This document shows positions 35,774-46,809 of a DNA stretch of 64,000 nt, one piece after another. The notes beneath the pieces were generated by a model. The model was not told the origin of the DNA. It was given only the letters and a program-made list of their open reading frames with translations, and searched no databases. Source of the stretch: Felis catus (Eukaryota). Each line of letters begins with the position of its first letter. Position 1 is the first letter of the stretch. The stretch covers positions 109,928,001 to 109,992,000 of the forward strand of contig NC_058373.1 of assembly GCF_018350175.1 (NCBI RefSeq), read 5' to 3'. The position numbers and the translations under genes are program-made.

Positions 35774-35992
35774 GGGGCGCCCAGGTGGCTCAGTCGGTTA
35801 AGTGTCCAACTTCAGCTCAGGTCTTGATCTCACACTCTGTGAGTTCTAGCCCCACGTCAGGCTCTGTGCTGACAGCTCAGAGCCTGGAGCGTGTTTCAGA
35901 TTCCGTGCCTCCCTCTCTCTCTGACCCTCCTCTGTTCATGCTTTGTCTCTCTCTGTCTCAAAAATAAATAAAAACATTAAACTTAAAAAAAA
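35774..35992 (+). mobile_element. Can-SINE
   Basis: Full length; GATAAAAA on both sides. Confidence 0.93.
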
Positions 35993-36048
35993 GATAAAAA
36001 TGTGATCATCTCAATAGATACAAAAGATAATTTGATAAAATCCAGCAT

Positions 36049-36375
36049 ACCATATGACTTCACTCATATGTAGAATTTAAGATACAAAACAGATGAACAT
36101 AAGGGAAGGGAAGGAAAAATAATATAAAAACAAGGAGGAGGATAAAACATAAGAGACTCCTAAATACAGAGAACAAACTGAGGGTCACTGGATGGGTTGT
36201 GTGTGAGGGGAGATGGGCTAAATGGATAAGGGGCATTAAGGAAGACACTTGTTGGGATGAGCCCTGGGTGTTATACATAGATGATGAATCACTGGAATCT
36301 ACTCCTTAAATCATTATTGCACTATATGCTAACTAACTTGGATGTAAATTAAAAAAATAATAAATAAATAAAAAA
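36049..36375 (+). mobile_element. Felid L1 3'UTR fragment
   Basis: Reverse-complement homologue of 15940-16200 (TATATGCTAACTAACTTGGATGTAAATT-A tail). Confidence 0.92.
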
Positions 36376-36487
36376 ATTTTTTTAATTTCATTTTTAAGTA
36401 TTCTCTACACCCAACATGGGGCTCAAAGTTATAACCCTGAGATCAAGAGTTCCATGCTGTACTGACTGAGCCAGCCAACCAGCCCCC
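36376..36487 (-). mobile_element. Old short Can-SINE
   Basis: CCCTGAGATCAAGAGT..ACTGAGCCAGCCA; the L1+SINE block is flanked by AAAATCCA(G/A)CAT. Confidence 0.82.
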
Positions 36488-36709
36488 AAAATCCAACATT
36501 CCTGATAAAAGCTCTCAGAAGATTAAGGAAAGAAGGAAACTTTCTCAACCTGATATATGACATTGATGAAGAAAACTATAGCTAACAATGCACTTACTGG
36601 TAAAAAACTAAATACTTTCCCTCTAATTTCAGGCACAAAACATGGATATCTATTCTCATTACATCTATCCAACATTGCCCTCAAGTTTCTATCCAGTGCA
36701 ATAAGACCA

Positions 36710-36744
<35 letters not shown>

Positions 36745-36999
36745 AGTCATCAAGATTGGACAGGAAGAAATTAAAATTTCTTTAATGTAGATGACATGAC
36801 TTTTATGCAGAAGATCCTATTGTATCTACAAAAGAATACTAGAACTAATAAATGTGTTTAGCAAGGTTGTAGGATACAAGATCAATACACAAAAATCAAT
36901 TGCATTTCTATATACTGGCAGTAAAAACTCAGAAATTGCTGTTTAAAAATGCCATTCACAACGGTATCAAAAAGCATAACATACTTAGGAATAAATTTT

Positions 37000-37203
37000 T
37001 GTTTATTTATTTAAAAAATTTTTTTCATGTTTACCTTTGAGAGAGAGTGTGTGTGTGGGAGGGGACAGAGAGAGAGAGAGAGACAGAATCCAAAGCAGGC
37101 TCCAGGCTCTGAGCTGTCAGCACAGAGCCCAGACTCACAAACCACAAGATCATGACCTGAGCCACGGTCTGATGCTTAACCAACTGAGCCACCCAGATGC
37201 CCT
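37000..37203 (-). mobile_element. Can-SINE
   Basis: TSD TAGGAATAAA. Confidence 0.92.
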
Positions 37204-37474
37204 AGGAATAAAATTTTAAAAAGAAGTGTAAGAATTATACAATGAAACTATAACGCATCATTGAAAGAAAGAAGACCTAAACAAATGGAAACACAAGCCA
37301 TACTAATGGATGGAATATTTAATATTGTGCAGCTGGGAATATGCCTTTAATTGAGCTACAGATTAGATGCAATCCCTATAAAAATCTCAGCTGCCATTTT
37401 TTGCAGGATTAAGCAAGCTGATCCAAAAACTCATATGGAAACTCATATGGAGATTTCGAATAGCCAAACGATCT

Positions 37475-37688
37475 TTTGTTTTAAAATTTTTTAATGTTTA
37501 TTTATTTATTTTTGAAAGAGAGAGAGAGAGAGAGACAAAGCAGGGGAGAGGTAGAGAGGGAGGGAGACACAGAATCCAAAGCAGAGCTGTCAGCACAGAG
37601 CCCGATGTGAGGCTTGAACCCACGAACTGTGAGATCATGACCTGAGTGGAGGTTGGATGCTCAACTGACTGAACCACCCAGGCGCCCC
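37475..37688 (-). mobile_element. Can-SINE
   Basis: TSD AATAGCCAAAC(G/A)ATCTT. Confidence 0.93.
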
Positions 37689-38052
37689 AATAGCCAAACA
37701 ATCTTGAAAAAGAATGACAGATTTGGAGGAGTCACACTCCCCAATTTCAAAACTTACTAAAAGCTACAGTAATCAAAATAGTTTGTTGGTGGCATAAGGA
37801 TAGACATATAGATCAATGGAATAGCATTGAGAATCCAGAAATAAATCCTCACACTTATGGTCTTTGACAAGGGTGCTAAGAAAATTGAATAGGAAAATCA
37901 TAGTTTTTTAACAAGTGGTGCTGGGAATAACTGGATATCCACAAGTAAAAGGATGAAGTTGAACTCCTACCATCCACAAAAATGAAGTTGAATCTCACAT
38001 CATTTATAAAAATTAACCAAAAAAGGAACATCAACTTAAATGTAAGAGCTAA

Positions 38053-38276
38053 GAGGCGCCGGGGTGGCGCAGTCGGTTGAGCGTCCGACTTCAGCCAGGT
38101 CACGATCTCGCAGTCCGGGAGTTCGAGCCCCGCGTGAGGCTCTGGGCTGATGGCTCGGAGCCTGGAGCCTGTTTCCGATTCTGTGTCTCCCTCTCTCTCT
38201 GCCCCTCCCCCGTTCATGCTCTGTCTCTCTCTGTCCCAAAAATAAATAAAAAGCGTTGAAAAAAAAATTAAAAAAA
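38053..38276 (+). mobile_element. Young Can-SINE
   Basis: CpG-rich; perfect 15-bp TSD AAATGTAAGAGCTAA (38038-38052, 38277-38291). Confidence 0.97.
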
Positions 38277-39086
38277 AAATGTAAGAGCTAAAACTATAAA
38301 GAAACTCTTAGAAGAAAACCTAGGTGAATACCTTTGTGACCTTGAGTGAAGCAATGTTTTCTTAAATATGATGCCCAAAGCATAAAGCATAAAAGAAAAA
38401 AATAGATCATTGAACTTCATCGAAATCAAAAACTTATGAGCTTCAAAGAATTCCATCAAGAAAGTGAAGACAACCCACTGAATGAGAGAAAATATTTGCA
38501 AGTTGTATATCTAATAAACATCTAGGACCCAGAATATATAAAGAACTCTTAACAACAACAAAAGACAACTCAATTGAGAGAAGTGCAAAATATTTGAATA
38601 GTCATGACTTAAAAAAAAAAAACAAGCACATGGAAAATGCTTTACATTATCAGTCATTAGAGAAATGCAAATCAAACCACAATGAGATACCCCTTCACAC
38701 TAGGATGACTGTAATCAAAATAATAGGATAATAATCAAAATAACAGATAGTAAGTATTGGCTAGTTATATGTACAAGTTAAAACACTCATCAGTTGCTGG
38801 TAAGGATATTAAATGGCACAGCCACTTTGAAAAAAAGTTTGCCAGTCCTTCAAATGGTAAATACAGAGCTATCATAAGATTCACCACTCCTAGAGAAGTG
38901 GACACATATATTCACACAAAAACTTACACACAAAATATCACAGCAGCCTTATTTGTAATAACCAAAAGATGGGAAAAAGCACATGCCCATCAATTAATGA
39001 ATGTGGTATATCTGTGGAATATCATTTGGCAGAATGAAGTGCTGATACATGCTACAAAACAGATGAGCCTTAGAAAAACACTAAGA

Positions 39087-39743
39087 GGGGCGCCTGGGTG
39101 GCTCAGTTGGTTGGGCAACTGACTTCAGCTCAGGTCATGATCTCACAGTTCGTGGGTTCGAGCCCCACGTTGGGCTCTGTGCTGACAGCTCAGAGCCTGG
39201 AGCCTGCTTCAGATTCTGTGTCTCCCCCTCTCTCTGCCCCTTCCTTCCCTGCTCACACTGTGTGTCTGTCTCTCAATAATAAATAAATGTTAAAAAATTA
39301 AAAAAAAACCACACTATTGAAAAAAAAAAGAAAAACACTAAGAGAGGGGCGCCTGGGTGGTTCAGGCAGTTGAGCATCCTACTTCGGCTCAGGTCATGAT
39401 GTCACCATTCATGTGAGTTTGAGCCCCATGTCGGGCTCTGTGCTGACAGCTTCGAGCCTGGAGCCTGCTTTGGATTCTGTGTCTCCCTCTCTCTCTGTCC
39501 CTCCCCTGCTTGTGCTCTCTCTGTCTCAGAAATTATAAATGAATAAACTTTAAAAATAAATAAATACGGGGCAGCTGGGTGGCTCAGGAAGGGCAGAGAG
39601 AGAGGGAGACACAGAATCCCAAGCAGGTTCCAGGCTCGGAGCTGTCAGCACAGAGCCCAATGGGGTGCTTGAACTCATAGACCACGAGATGGTGACCTGA
39701 GCTGAAGTCGGATGCTTAATCGACTGAGCCACCCAGGTCTCCC
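39087..39743. mobile_element. Can-SINE cluster (+39087-39328, +39346-39565, + head 39568-39587, - 39588-39743)
   Basis: First copy has TSD AGAAAAACACTAAGA; the last two are fused fragments. Confidence 0.92.
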
Positions 39744-40147
39744 TCATTATTTTATAAAAATTAATTAAAAAATAGATGTTTTTGAAAATTGTTATATTTA
39801 TGAAACCACATCTTTATGGGGCTGTGCTCATTTTTTTTTATTTTATTATCTATTATTAATTTATTATTATATGTGATTATCATTATTTTGATTTGTAATG
39901 GCCTGTTATTGGCAAAGAGATTTATGAATAAATGTTCAAAATAAACATAATAGATTAAAAAGAAAACAAAGCTAATAAATTATGGTTTTTAAATTAATGA
40001 GGTATACATGGCTCTGAGCTCTTGAGATAAATTTTCATGGCTGTCAGCCAAGAGAAAAAAGAGCAGGAATAGAAGGGAGAGAGGAAAGAATCCAGGAAGG
40101 AAGAGAAACAGAGATGGAGAGACAGAACACATAAAAATTAGTGGACA

Positions 40148-40327
40148 GGGGTGTCTGGGTGGCTCAGTCAGTTAAGTGTCCAACTCTTGATTTCAGCTCA
40201 GTGTGTGAGTTCTAGCCCCCTGTCGGGCTATATACTGACAGTGTGGAGCCTACTTGGGATTCTCTCTCCCTTTCTCTCTGCCCCTCCCCTGCTGTCTTTC
40301 TCTCTCAAAATAAATAAATAAACATTT
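40148..40327 (+). mobile_element. Can-SINE
   Basis: TSD AATTAGTGGA. Confidence 0.92.
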
Positions 40328-41751
40328 GAGAGGAATTAGTGGATAAACAAAAAAAGACAAGCGGATAAAGATTCAGAGGAAAGGAGACAAGCACACATGC
40401 GCCAAGGAAGAGGAGGAAGCCCTTTAGTTACAAAGGACTCGACGTAAGAGAAAAATACAATGGAGCTAGACATACAAAGAAGAACAAGGAAAAAAAAGCG
40501 AGAAAGAGAAAAAAGAAAAAGACCAAAGAAAGATGATCAGTAGCTTTTAAAGTCTAAGTTGCAAAAATCTATTATGTTTCACTGTATCAGCCAGTGACAT
40601 TTAAAACATATAACTGCTCATTATCAAAACTATTTGAAATTATAATTAAAATGCTAGCCAAAATTCTAACTTGGTGATTTCCTCTAATCCTTCTGAAGTT
40701 CTCCTCTGAATGTGACCATCATAATAATTCACCAAGGAAAAATTATTATTGTAGGTGCAGCTGAGGAGTCCAGAAACACAATTATCACGGTGGCAGGGGT
40801 AAGATTCAGAGGATTTTCCATTTCTTTTGTGTTTAATTATTGTCACAGAAGAGAAATGACCAGAAGAAAGCTATAATTGTCAATAAGCTAGAGCTTAGCA
40901 ACTTAAAATATACCAAAGCAAGAAAGCTTTATTGTTAAATAACAATGAATATGTTGTGTCTCTTTTGACTTCTACTTGAGCAAAGGTGAAGGGGCTACTC
41001 TTATTCCTTACAAAGGGAATAAAGCCCACTGCTGTTGGAATTTCAAGGTGTTTAAAATAAATACGATTCTATATGGCACTCCAGAGATAATGTCTTAATG
41101 GTAACTCCCTCCCCCGCCAAAATTGAGGCGGAAGAAAAAAAATACAAAAAATAAGCTCATGTAGATTTTAAAAATGAAAAGCATCAACAGTTATGAAGTT
41201 CTAAGATATGACATGGCATGAAATACTGATGAGTGGTCTCTATTTCATTCAGGTAAACTTGAATAAGTTCAGGCAATGCAGACGCTTTAAAAACAAAAGG
41301 TAAATGAAGTTGTATGAGTTCATTCGGTTTGTAGAAATTCACTGAACTATGTAGTTATAATATATGGTTTTTTCCTGTACACATATTATTCTTTAAGAAA
41401 TAGTTGTTTTTGAATCAAATCATGTTTTATACTATTATTTCATTAATATTAAAATATTTACTAAATATCCACATATATGTTCTGCTCTGCCAATACCAAA
41501 GGAGGTAAAACACACAGATATAGCCCCAGTCTTCTTGTACTTCTCTTTCTCAGTTAGATAATGTATGTGAAGAGAGACATAAAACAGACCAATAGACACT
41601 GAGTGAGCTGACCACTGATGGACACAAGTGCTACATATCTTTGTATACGATAACACCACAGCTAAGTACTAGCATCTTTTCTTTAAGATAATTTGTTTAT
41701 CCTTTGTTTTTGATTAATTGCCCATGGATCATTTAGAAATAGTATCTGCCC

Positions 41752-41872
41752 AGGGGTGCCTTTGCTGGCTCAGCTGGTGGAGTGTGGAATTCTTGATCTT
41801 GGGGTTGTAAGTTCAACTCCCACATTGGGCAAAGAGATCACTTGAAAATACAATCTTAAAAAAAAAAATAAA
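41752..41872 (+). mobile_element. Old short Can-SINE
   Basis: tRNA-like head and A tail. Confidence 0.85.
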
Positions 41873-41976
41873 GGACGAAGAAATAATATCTATTCAGATC
41901 TTTCAAAGCCCATCAGATTAATGACTCATTATTAATGGCATACAATGTGCTCTGTCGCCTTCCTTATTCCTTAAAC

Positions 41977-42233
41977 CAATGTTTCTAAAACTTACTGTCT
42001 TTCACTTACTATCTTCACAATTTTTGCAATATCATCATGCCAAGTGTGCTATTATTTTAAAAATAATTTTAACTCTGATTCCTTTCATTGTAATACCTAC
42101 TTTAACCTAGTCCTAAACATTGATATCTACAGAATCACAGATTTGCTTTTTAAAAACGGTATGCGTGGGTATCCTCAACTAAAATAACCACATGAGCGCC
42201 CAGTGGTATGCTAACCACACTTAAATAACCACG
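41977..42233. mobile_element. hAT-Charlie non-autonomous fossil (MER113-like)
   Basis: CAATGTTTCTAAAACTT left TIR-like end, CTTCACAATTTTTGCAATATC, right end CAGTGGTATGCTAACCACACTT..ACCACGG. Confidence 0.6.
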
Positions 42234-42981
42234 GTGTTAATCGAGTCAGCTTTGCTATCACCCAGCAAGAATGATAAATGTACCAACATAGAATCCTGCC
42301 CTATAGAACATAAGCAGCTCTATCTTCTATCTCAAAAGGTAGTCTTATTTTTTGTAATCTCTTGTAAGTAGACACCTTCCAAGATATGCATAATGGAGAA
42401 TATATAAGGAAATCTGAGTTTCTTAATTTAACTTGTTCATATATTTCACAGATGAAAATATCTCTTAAACATTTATCTCTGAGTTTTTCTTTCAATTTCT
42501 TCAGATTTAATAATTACTGACATTTACTCTAATAATAATGACACAAATATATTGCTGTCTCTTACTTTTTAACATGCAGAACAGTGTAAATCAACCACAG
42601 CATCTGTGGAGTTTAAATAATAAGTAAAGGGAAGAATTGGATCGGGAGAATAAATGAGGCTTTCTTTGCTCATTTATTCAACAAATGGCTACTGCCCTTT
42701 TTCTTGGTGCTAAAGATACATCAATAAAAAACTGTTAAAAAAAATAGGTAAACCACTGTTGTCATGCATACATAATAATTAGTATAATACAAAGTTTTAT
42801 GGAAAAGTTTTAAAAGACACATTTGTTTTTAAGATGCTTCCACTAGTGTTTTTTTAGTATCTCATTCCTTAAATAGTAACCTAATTTTGAAAATCTCCAA
42901 AGTTTTAATTAATATTTTAATTCATATTTATAATAATTATTAAAAATATTGTCAGCATTTGTGTATAATAAAATATTTTCA

Positions 42982-43205
42982 GGGGCACCTAGATGGCTCA
43001 GTTGGTTAAGCGTCATGACTTTGGCTCAAGTCATGATCTGACGGTTTATGGGTTTGAGCCTCGTGTTGGGCTCTGTGCTGACAGCTTGGAGCCTGGAGCC
43101 TGCTTGGGATTCTGTGTCTCCCTCTCTCTGTCCCTCCCCTGCTCACGCTCTGCCTCTCTCTCTCTCTCTCTCTCTCTCTCAAAAATAAATAAACATTAAA
43201 AAAAT
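42982..43205 (+). mobile_element. Can-SINE
   Basis: Full-length consensus. Confidence 0.93.
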
Positions 43206-43244
43206 ATTCCCAACATATAGAAAAGTGCAGATAATAATATAAGA

Positions 43245-43715
43245 CTTTATTCTTCCATGTGTTCAGACTAAAAACATTGGGATCACTGACTCCTTTCACT
43301 TACTATGCTTCACAATTTTCTGCAATATCATTATATCAACTATGCTATTGTTTGAAACAATACTTGAACGCTGATTAATTTTCATTTCATTCTGAATCTA
43401 CTTGATTCCTCTCCTTTACCAATACCTCCCGTATTATGTCGAATGTACCTTCAAAGTATATCCAGAATTCTACCACTTCTCATCATTCCACAGCCACCAT
43501 CTTGGCCCAAGACACCATCATCTGTTGCCTGAATTATTACAATAGCCTCACAGTGGATCTGACAACTCCTGCCCTTGCCCTCCTCCCCACCCATAGTGGG
43601 TTCTCAACACAGCACCCAAAAGAATCCTGTTAAAATGTCAGTCCAATAATATTCTTCCTCTGCTCAAATCACTACAATGAATTCTCATACAGAATAAAAG
43701 CAGAGTTCTTAATAT
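43245..43715. mobile_element. L2 fragment, interrupted at 43293-43402
   Basis: TACCTTCAAAGTATATCCAGAAT..ACCACTTCTCA..CACCATCATCT..CCTGAATTATTACAATAGCCTC L2 motifs. Confidence 0.75.
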
Positions 43716-43898
43716 TCTATTTCTATGAGTTGTCTGTTTTTGTAAATAGTTGTTGTAGATTCATTTTCACTGTTAGATGATATTCTCTAGTAAGAAAATA
43801 ACTCATTTTTTCTAATCCACTCTTTTATCTATGGACATTTGGGGCCTTTAATTTGTTTTGCTATTATAAATAATGCTGACACAAGAAATGCTAAGGGA

Positions 43899-44095
43899 GG
43901 GGCACCTGGGTGGCTCAGTCGGTTAAGCGTCTGACTTTGGCTCAGGTCATGATCTCACGGTTTGTGGGTTTGAGCCCCCCATCTGGTTCACTGCTGTTGG
44001 TGTGGAGCCTGCTTCAGATCCTCTGTCTTGCTCTCTCTGACCCTCCCCTGCTATCGCTCTCTCTCTCAAAATAAATACATTAAAAAAAAAAAAAA
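43899..44095 (+). mobile_element. Can-SINE
   Basis: TSD AAGAAATGCTAAGGG. Confidence 0.93.
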
Positions 44096-44532
44096 GAAAG
44101 AAATGCTAAGGGGAATTCTTAAAGATGTAGGCAATGATATAAGATGTAAATTCAGAAGTACAAGAAGGAATAAATAACTCTTACATTTATGGTCAATTGT
44201 TTTCAACATGGGTGCCAAGAAATCTGATGGGGAAAAATAGTTTTTTCAGTGAATGGTGTTGGGACACATGAAAATTGGATATTCACATGGAAACGAATGA
44301 AGCTGGATTCCCACATCACACTATATGTGAAAATTAACTCCAAATGCATCATTGACCTAAAGGTAAGAACTAAAACCATAAAACTCGTAGAAGAAAACTT
44401 AGGTGTGTATCTTCATGGCTTTAGGTCAGGTGATGGTTTCTCAAAAAACATAGTAACAAAAGGAAAAATAGGTAAATTTGACTTTGTCCGAATTAAAACC
44501 TTTTGTACGTTATTATTATCATTATTATCATT

Positions 44533-45915
44533 TTTATATGAAATTTATTGACAAATTGGTTTCCATACAACACCCAGTGCTCATCCCAAAAGGTGCCCTC
44601 CTAATACCCATCACCCACCCTCTCCTCCCTCCCACCCCCCATCAACCCTCAGTTTGTTCTCAGTTTTTAACAGTCTCTTATGCTTTGGCTCTCTCCCACT
44701 CTAACCTCTTTTTTTTTTTTTCCTTCCCCTCCCCCATGGGTTCCTGTTAAGTTTCTCAGGATCCACATAAGAGTGAAACCATATGGTATCTGTCTTTCTC
44801 TGTATGGCTTATTTCACTTAGCATCACACTCTCCAGTTCCATCCACGTTGCTACAAAAGGCCATATTTCATTTTTTCTCATTGCCACGTAATATTCCATT
44901 GTGTATATAAACCACAATTTCTTTATCCATTCATCAGTTGATGGACATTTAGGCTCTTTCCATAATTTGGCTATTGTTGAGAGTGCTGCTATGAACATTG
45001 GGGTACAAGTGGCCCTATGCATCAGTACTCCTGTATCCCTTGGGTAAATTCCTAGCAGTGCTATTGCTGGGTCATAGGGTAGGTCTATTTTTAATTTTTT
45101 GAGGAACCTCCACACTGCTTTCCAGAGCGGCTGCACCAATTTGCATTCCCACCAACAGTGCAAGAGGGTTCCCGTTTCTCCACATCCTCTCCAGCATCTA
45201 TAGTCTCCTGATTTGTTCATTTTGGCCACTCTGACTGGCGTGAGGTGATACCTGAGTGTGGTTTTGATTTGTATTTCCCTGATAAGGAGCGACGCGGAAC
45301 ATCTTTTCATGTGCCTGTTGGCCATCCGGATGTCTTCTTTAGAGAAGTGTCTATTCATGTTTTCTGCCCATTTCTTCACTGGGTTATTTGTTTTTCGGGT
45401 GTGGAGTTTGGTGAGCTCTTTATAGATTTTGGATACTAGCCCTTTGTCCGATATGTCATTTGCGAATATCTTTTCCCATTCCGTTGGTTGCCTTTTAGTT
45501 TTGTTGGTTGTTTCCTTTGCTGTGCAGAAGCTTTTTATCTTCATAAGGTCCCAGTAATTCACTTTTGCTTTTAATTCCCTTGCCTTTGGGGATGTGTTGA
45601 GTAAGAGATTGCTACGGCTGAGGTCAGAGAGGTCTTTTCCTGCTTTCTCCTCTAAGGTTTTGATGGTTTCCTGTCTCACATTTAGGTCCTTTATCCATTT
45701 TGAGTTTATTTTTGTGAATGGTGTGAGAAAGTGGTCTAGTTTCAACCTTCTGCATGTTGCTGTCCAGTTCTCCCAGCACCATTTGTTAAAGAGGCTGTCT
45801 TTTTTCCATTGGATGTTCTTTCCTGCTTTGTCAAAGATGAGTTGGCCATACGTTTGTGGGTCTAGTTCTGGGGTTTCTATTCTGTTCCATTGGTCTATGT
45901 GTCTGTTTTTGTGCC
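44533..45915 (-). mobile_element. Young 5'-truncated felid L1 (~1.4 kb)
   Basis: Perfect 15-bp TSD ATCATTATTATCATT (44518-44532, 45916-45930); 3'UTR and AATAAA. Confidence 0.97.
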
Positions 45916-45916
45916 A
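44756..45916 (-). CDS. ORF2: L1 ORF2p C-terminal fragment (no own start; not a cellular gene)
   Basis: Frame open from [17 protein letters not shown] to the stop, ~387 codons; includes the cysteine-rich [18 protein letters not shown] motif. Confidence 0.93.
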   Translation of the reverse strand, partial: WHKNRHIDQWNRIETPELDPQTYGQLIFDKAGKNIQWKKDSLFNKWCWENWTATCRRLKLDHFLTPFTKINSKWIKDLNVRQETIKTLEEKAGKDLSDLSRSNLLLNTSPKARELKAKVNYWDLMKIKSFCTAKETTNKTKRQPTEWEKIFANDISDKGLVSKIYKELTKLHTRKTNNPVKKWAENMNRHFSKEDIRMANRHMKRCSASLLIREIQIKTTLRYHLTPVRVAKMNKSGDYRCWRGCGETGTLLHCWWECKLVQPLWKAVWRFLKKLKIDLPYDPAIALLGIYPRDTGVLMHRATCTPMFIAALSTIAKLWKEPKCPSTDEWIKKLWFIYTMEYYVAMRKNEIWPFVATWMELESVMLSEISHTEKDRYHMVSLLCGS

Positions 45917-46559
45917 TCATTATTATCATTATTATTACCTTTTGTACTTTAAAGGAAATCATCAAGAAATGAAAAACCAATACACAGAATGGGAGAGAAA
46001 ATATTTGCAAATCATATGTCAGAAAAGGGACTTATATTCAGAATGAGTAAAGAATTCTTATGACTCAAAAATAAAAACACAAACAACCTCATTTTTAAAA
46101 TGAGCAAAGCATCTGAATAGACATTTCTCCAAAGAAGATATGTAAATAGCCAATAAGTGCATAAAAGATGTTCAACATGCAAATGAAAACCACAATGAGA
46201 TACTACTTGACACATAGTAGAACAGCTAAAATGAAAAAGACAGACAATAATTAAGTGTTGGTGAGAATATGGAAAAATTGGAACCATCATGCATTTCTGG
46301 TGGGATTGTAAAATGGTGCACTTTGGAAAAATATCTGACTGTTCTTCAAAAAGTTTTAAACATATTGCTACCACATAATCCACAGTTAAAGACTTATTCG
46401 ATTGAGAGGCCTTGGCAAATGACCTATAGTGAGCATTATTTTCTTCATTTATGAACTGAATACCTGTGTGTTGATATTTTATATATTCAAATTCAAACAA
46501 TAACAACAAAAACCAAATCTGTGGTTTTCCAAAGACACTTATAAGAAAGTGAAAAGTAA

Positions 46560-46808
46560 GGGGGCGCCTGGGTGGCTCAGTTGGTTAAGTGTTGGACTCT
46601 TGATCTCAGCTCAGGTCATGATCTCACAGTTGGCGAGTTTGAGCCCCGAGTTGGTCTCTGTGCTAACAGTGTGGAGCCTGCTTGGGATTCTCTCTCCCTC
46701 TCCCTCTCCCTCTGTGCTCTTCCCCTGCTCGCTCTCTCTTGTGTGTGAGCGCATGCGCATGCGCATGCGCATGCACATGCACCAAATAAAGAAATAAACT
46801 TTAAAAAA
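46560..46808 (+). mobile_element. Can-SINE with (GCGCAT)n
   Basis: Consensus head and body; microsatellite at 46749-46782. Confidence 0.92.
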
Positions 46809-46809
46809 C

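Larger units (their letters stand above)
33335..39086 (+). mobile_element. Old L1M element (5'UTR-like part, ORF2, start of 3'UTR), heavily interrupted
   Basis: Collinear degenerate ORF2 motifs: ATAGATGCAAAAATTCTCAA, ATCATCTCAATAGAT, GATGACATGA (YADD region), AGATCAATACACAAAAATCAATTG, ATAGATCAATGGAATAG, AAATGCAAATCAAACCACAATGAGATAC. Confidence 0.85.
44180..46385 (+). mobile_element. Old L1 ORF2 fragment split by a young antisense L1
   Basis: Translation WIFTWKRMKLDSHITLYVKINSKCIIDLKVRTKTIKLVEENLG; resumes collinearly after 45937. Confidence 0.85.

Noticed and set aside
19523..38745. Scattered 11-20 bp tandem duplications (~19525, ~37428, ~37952, ~38712)
   Set aside because: Ordinary slippage or repair duplications inside dead L1 sequence.
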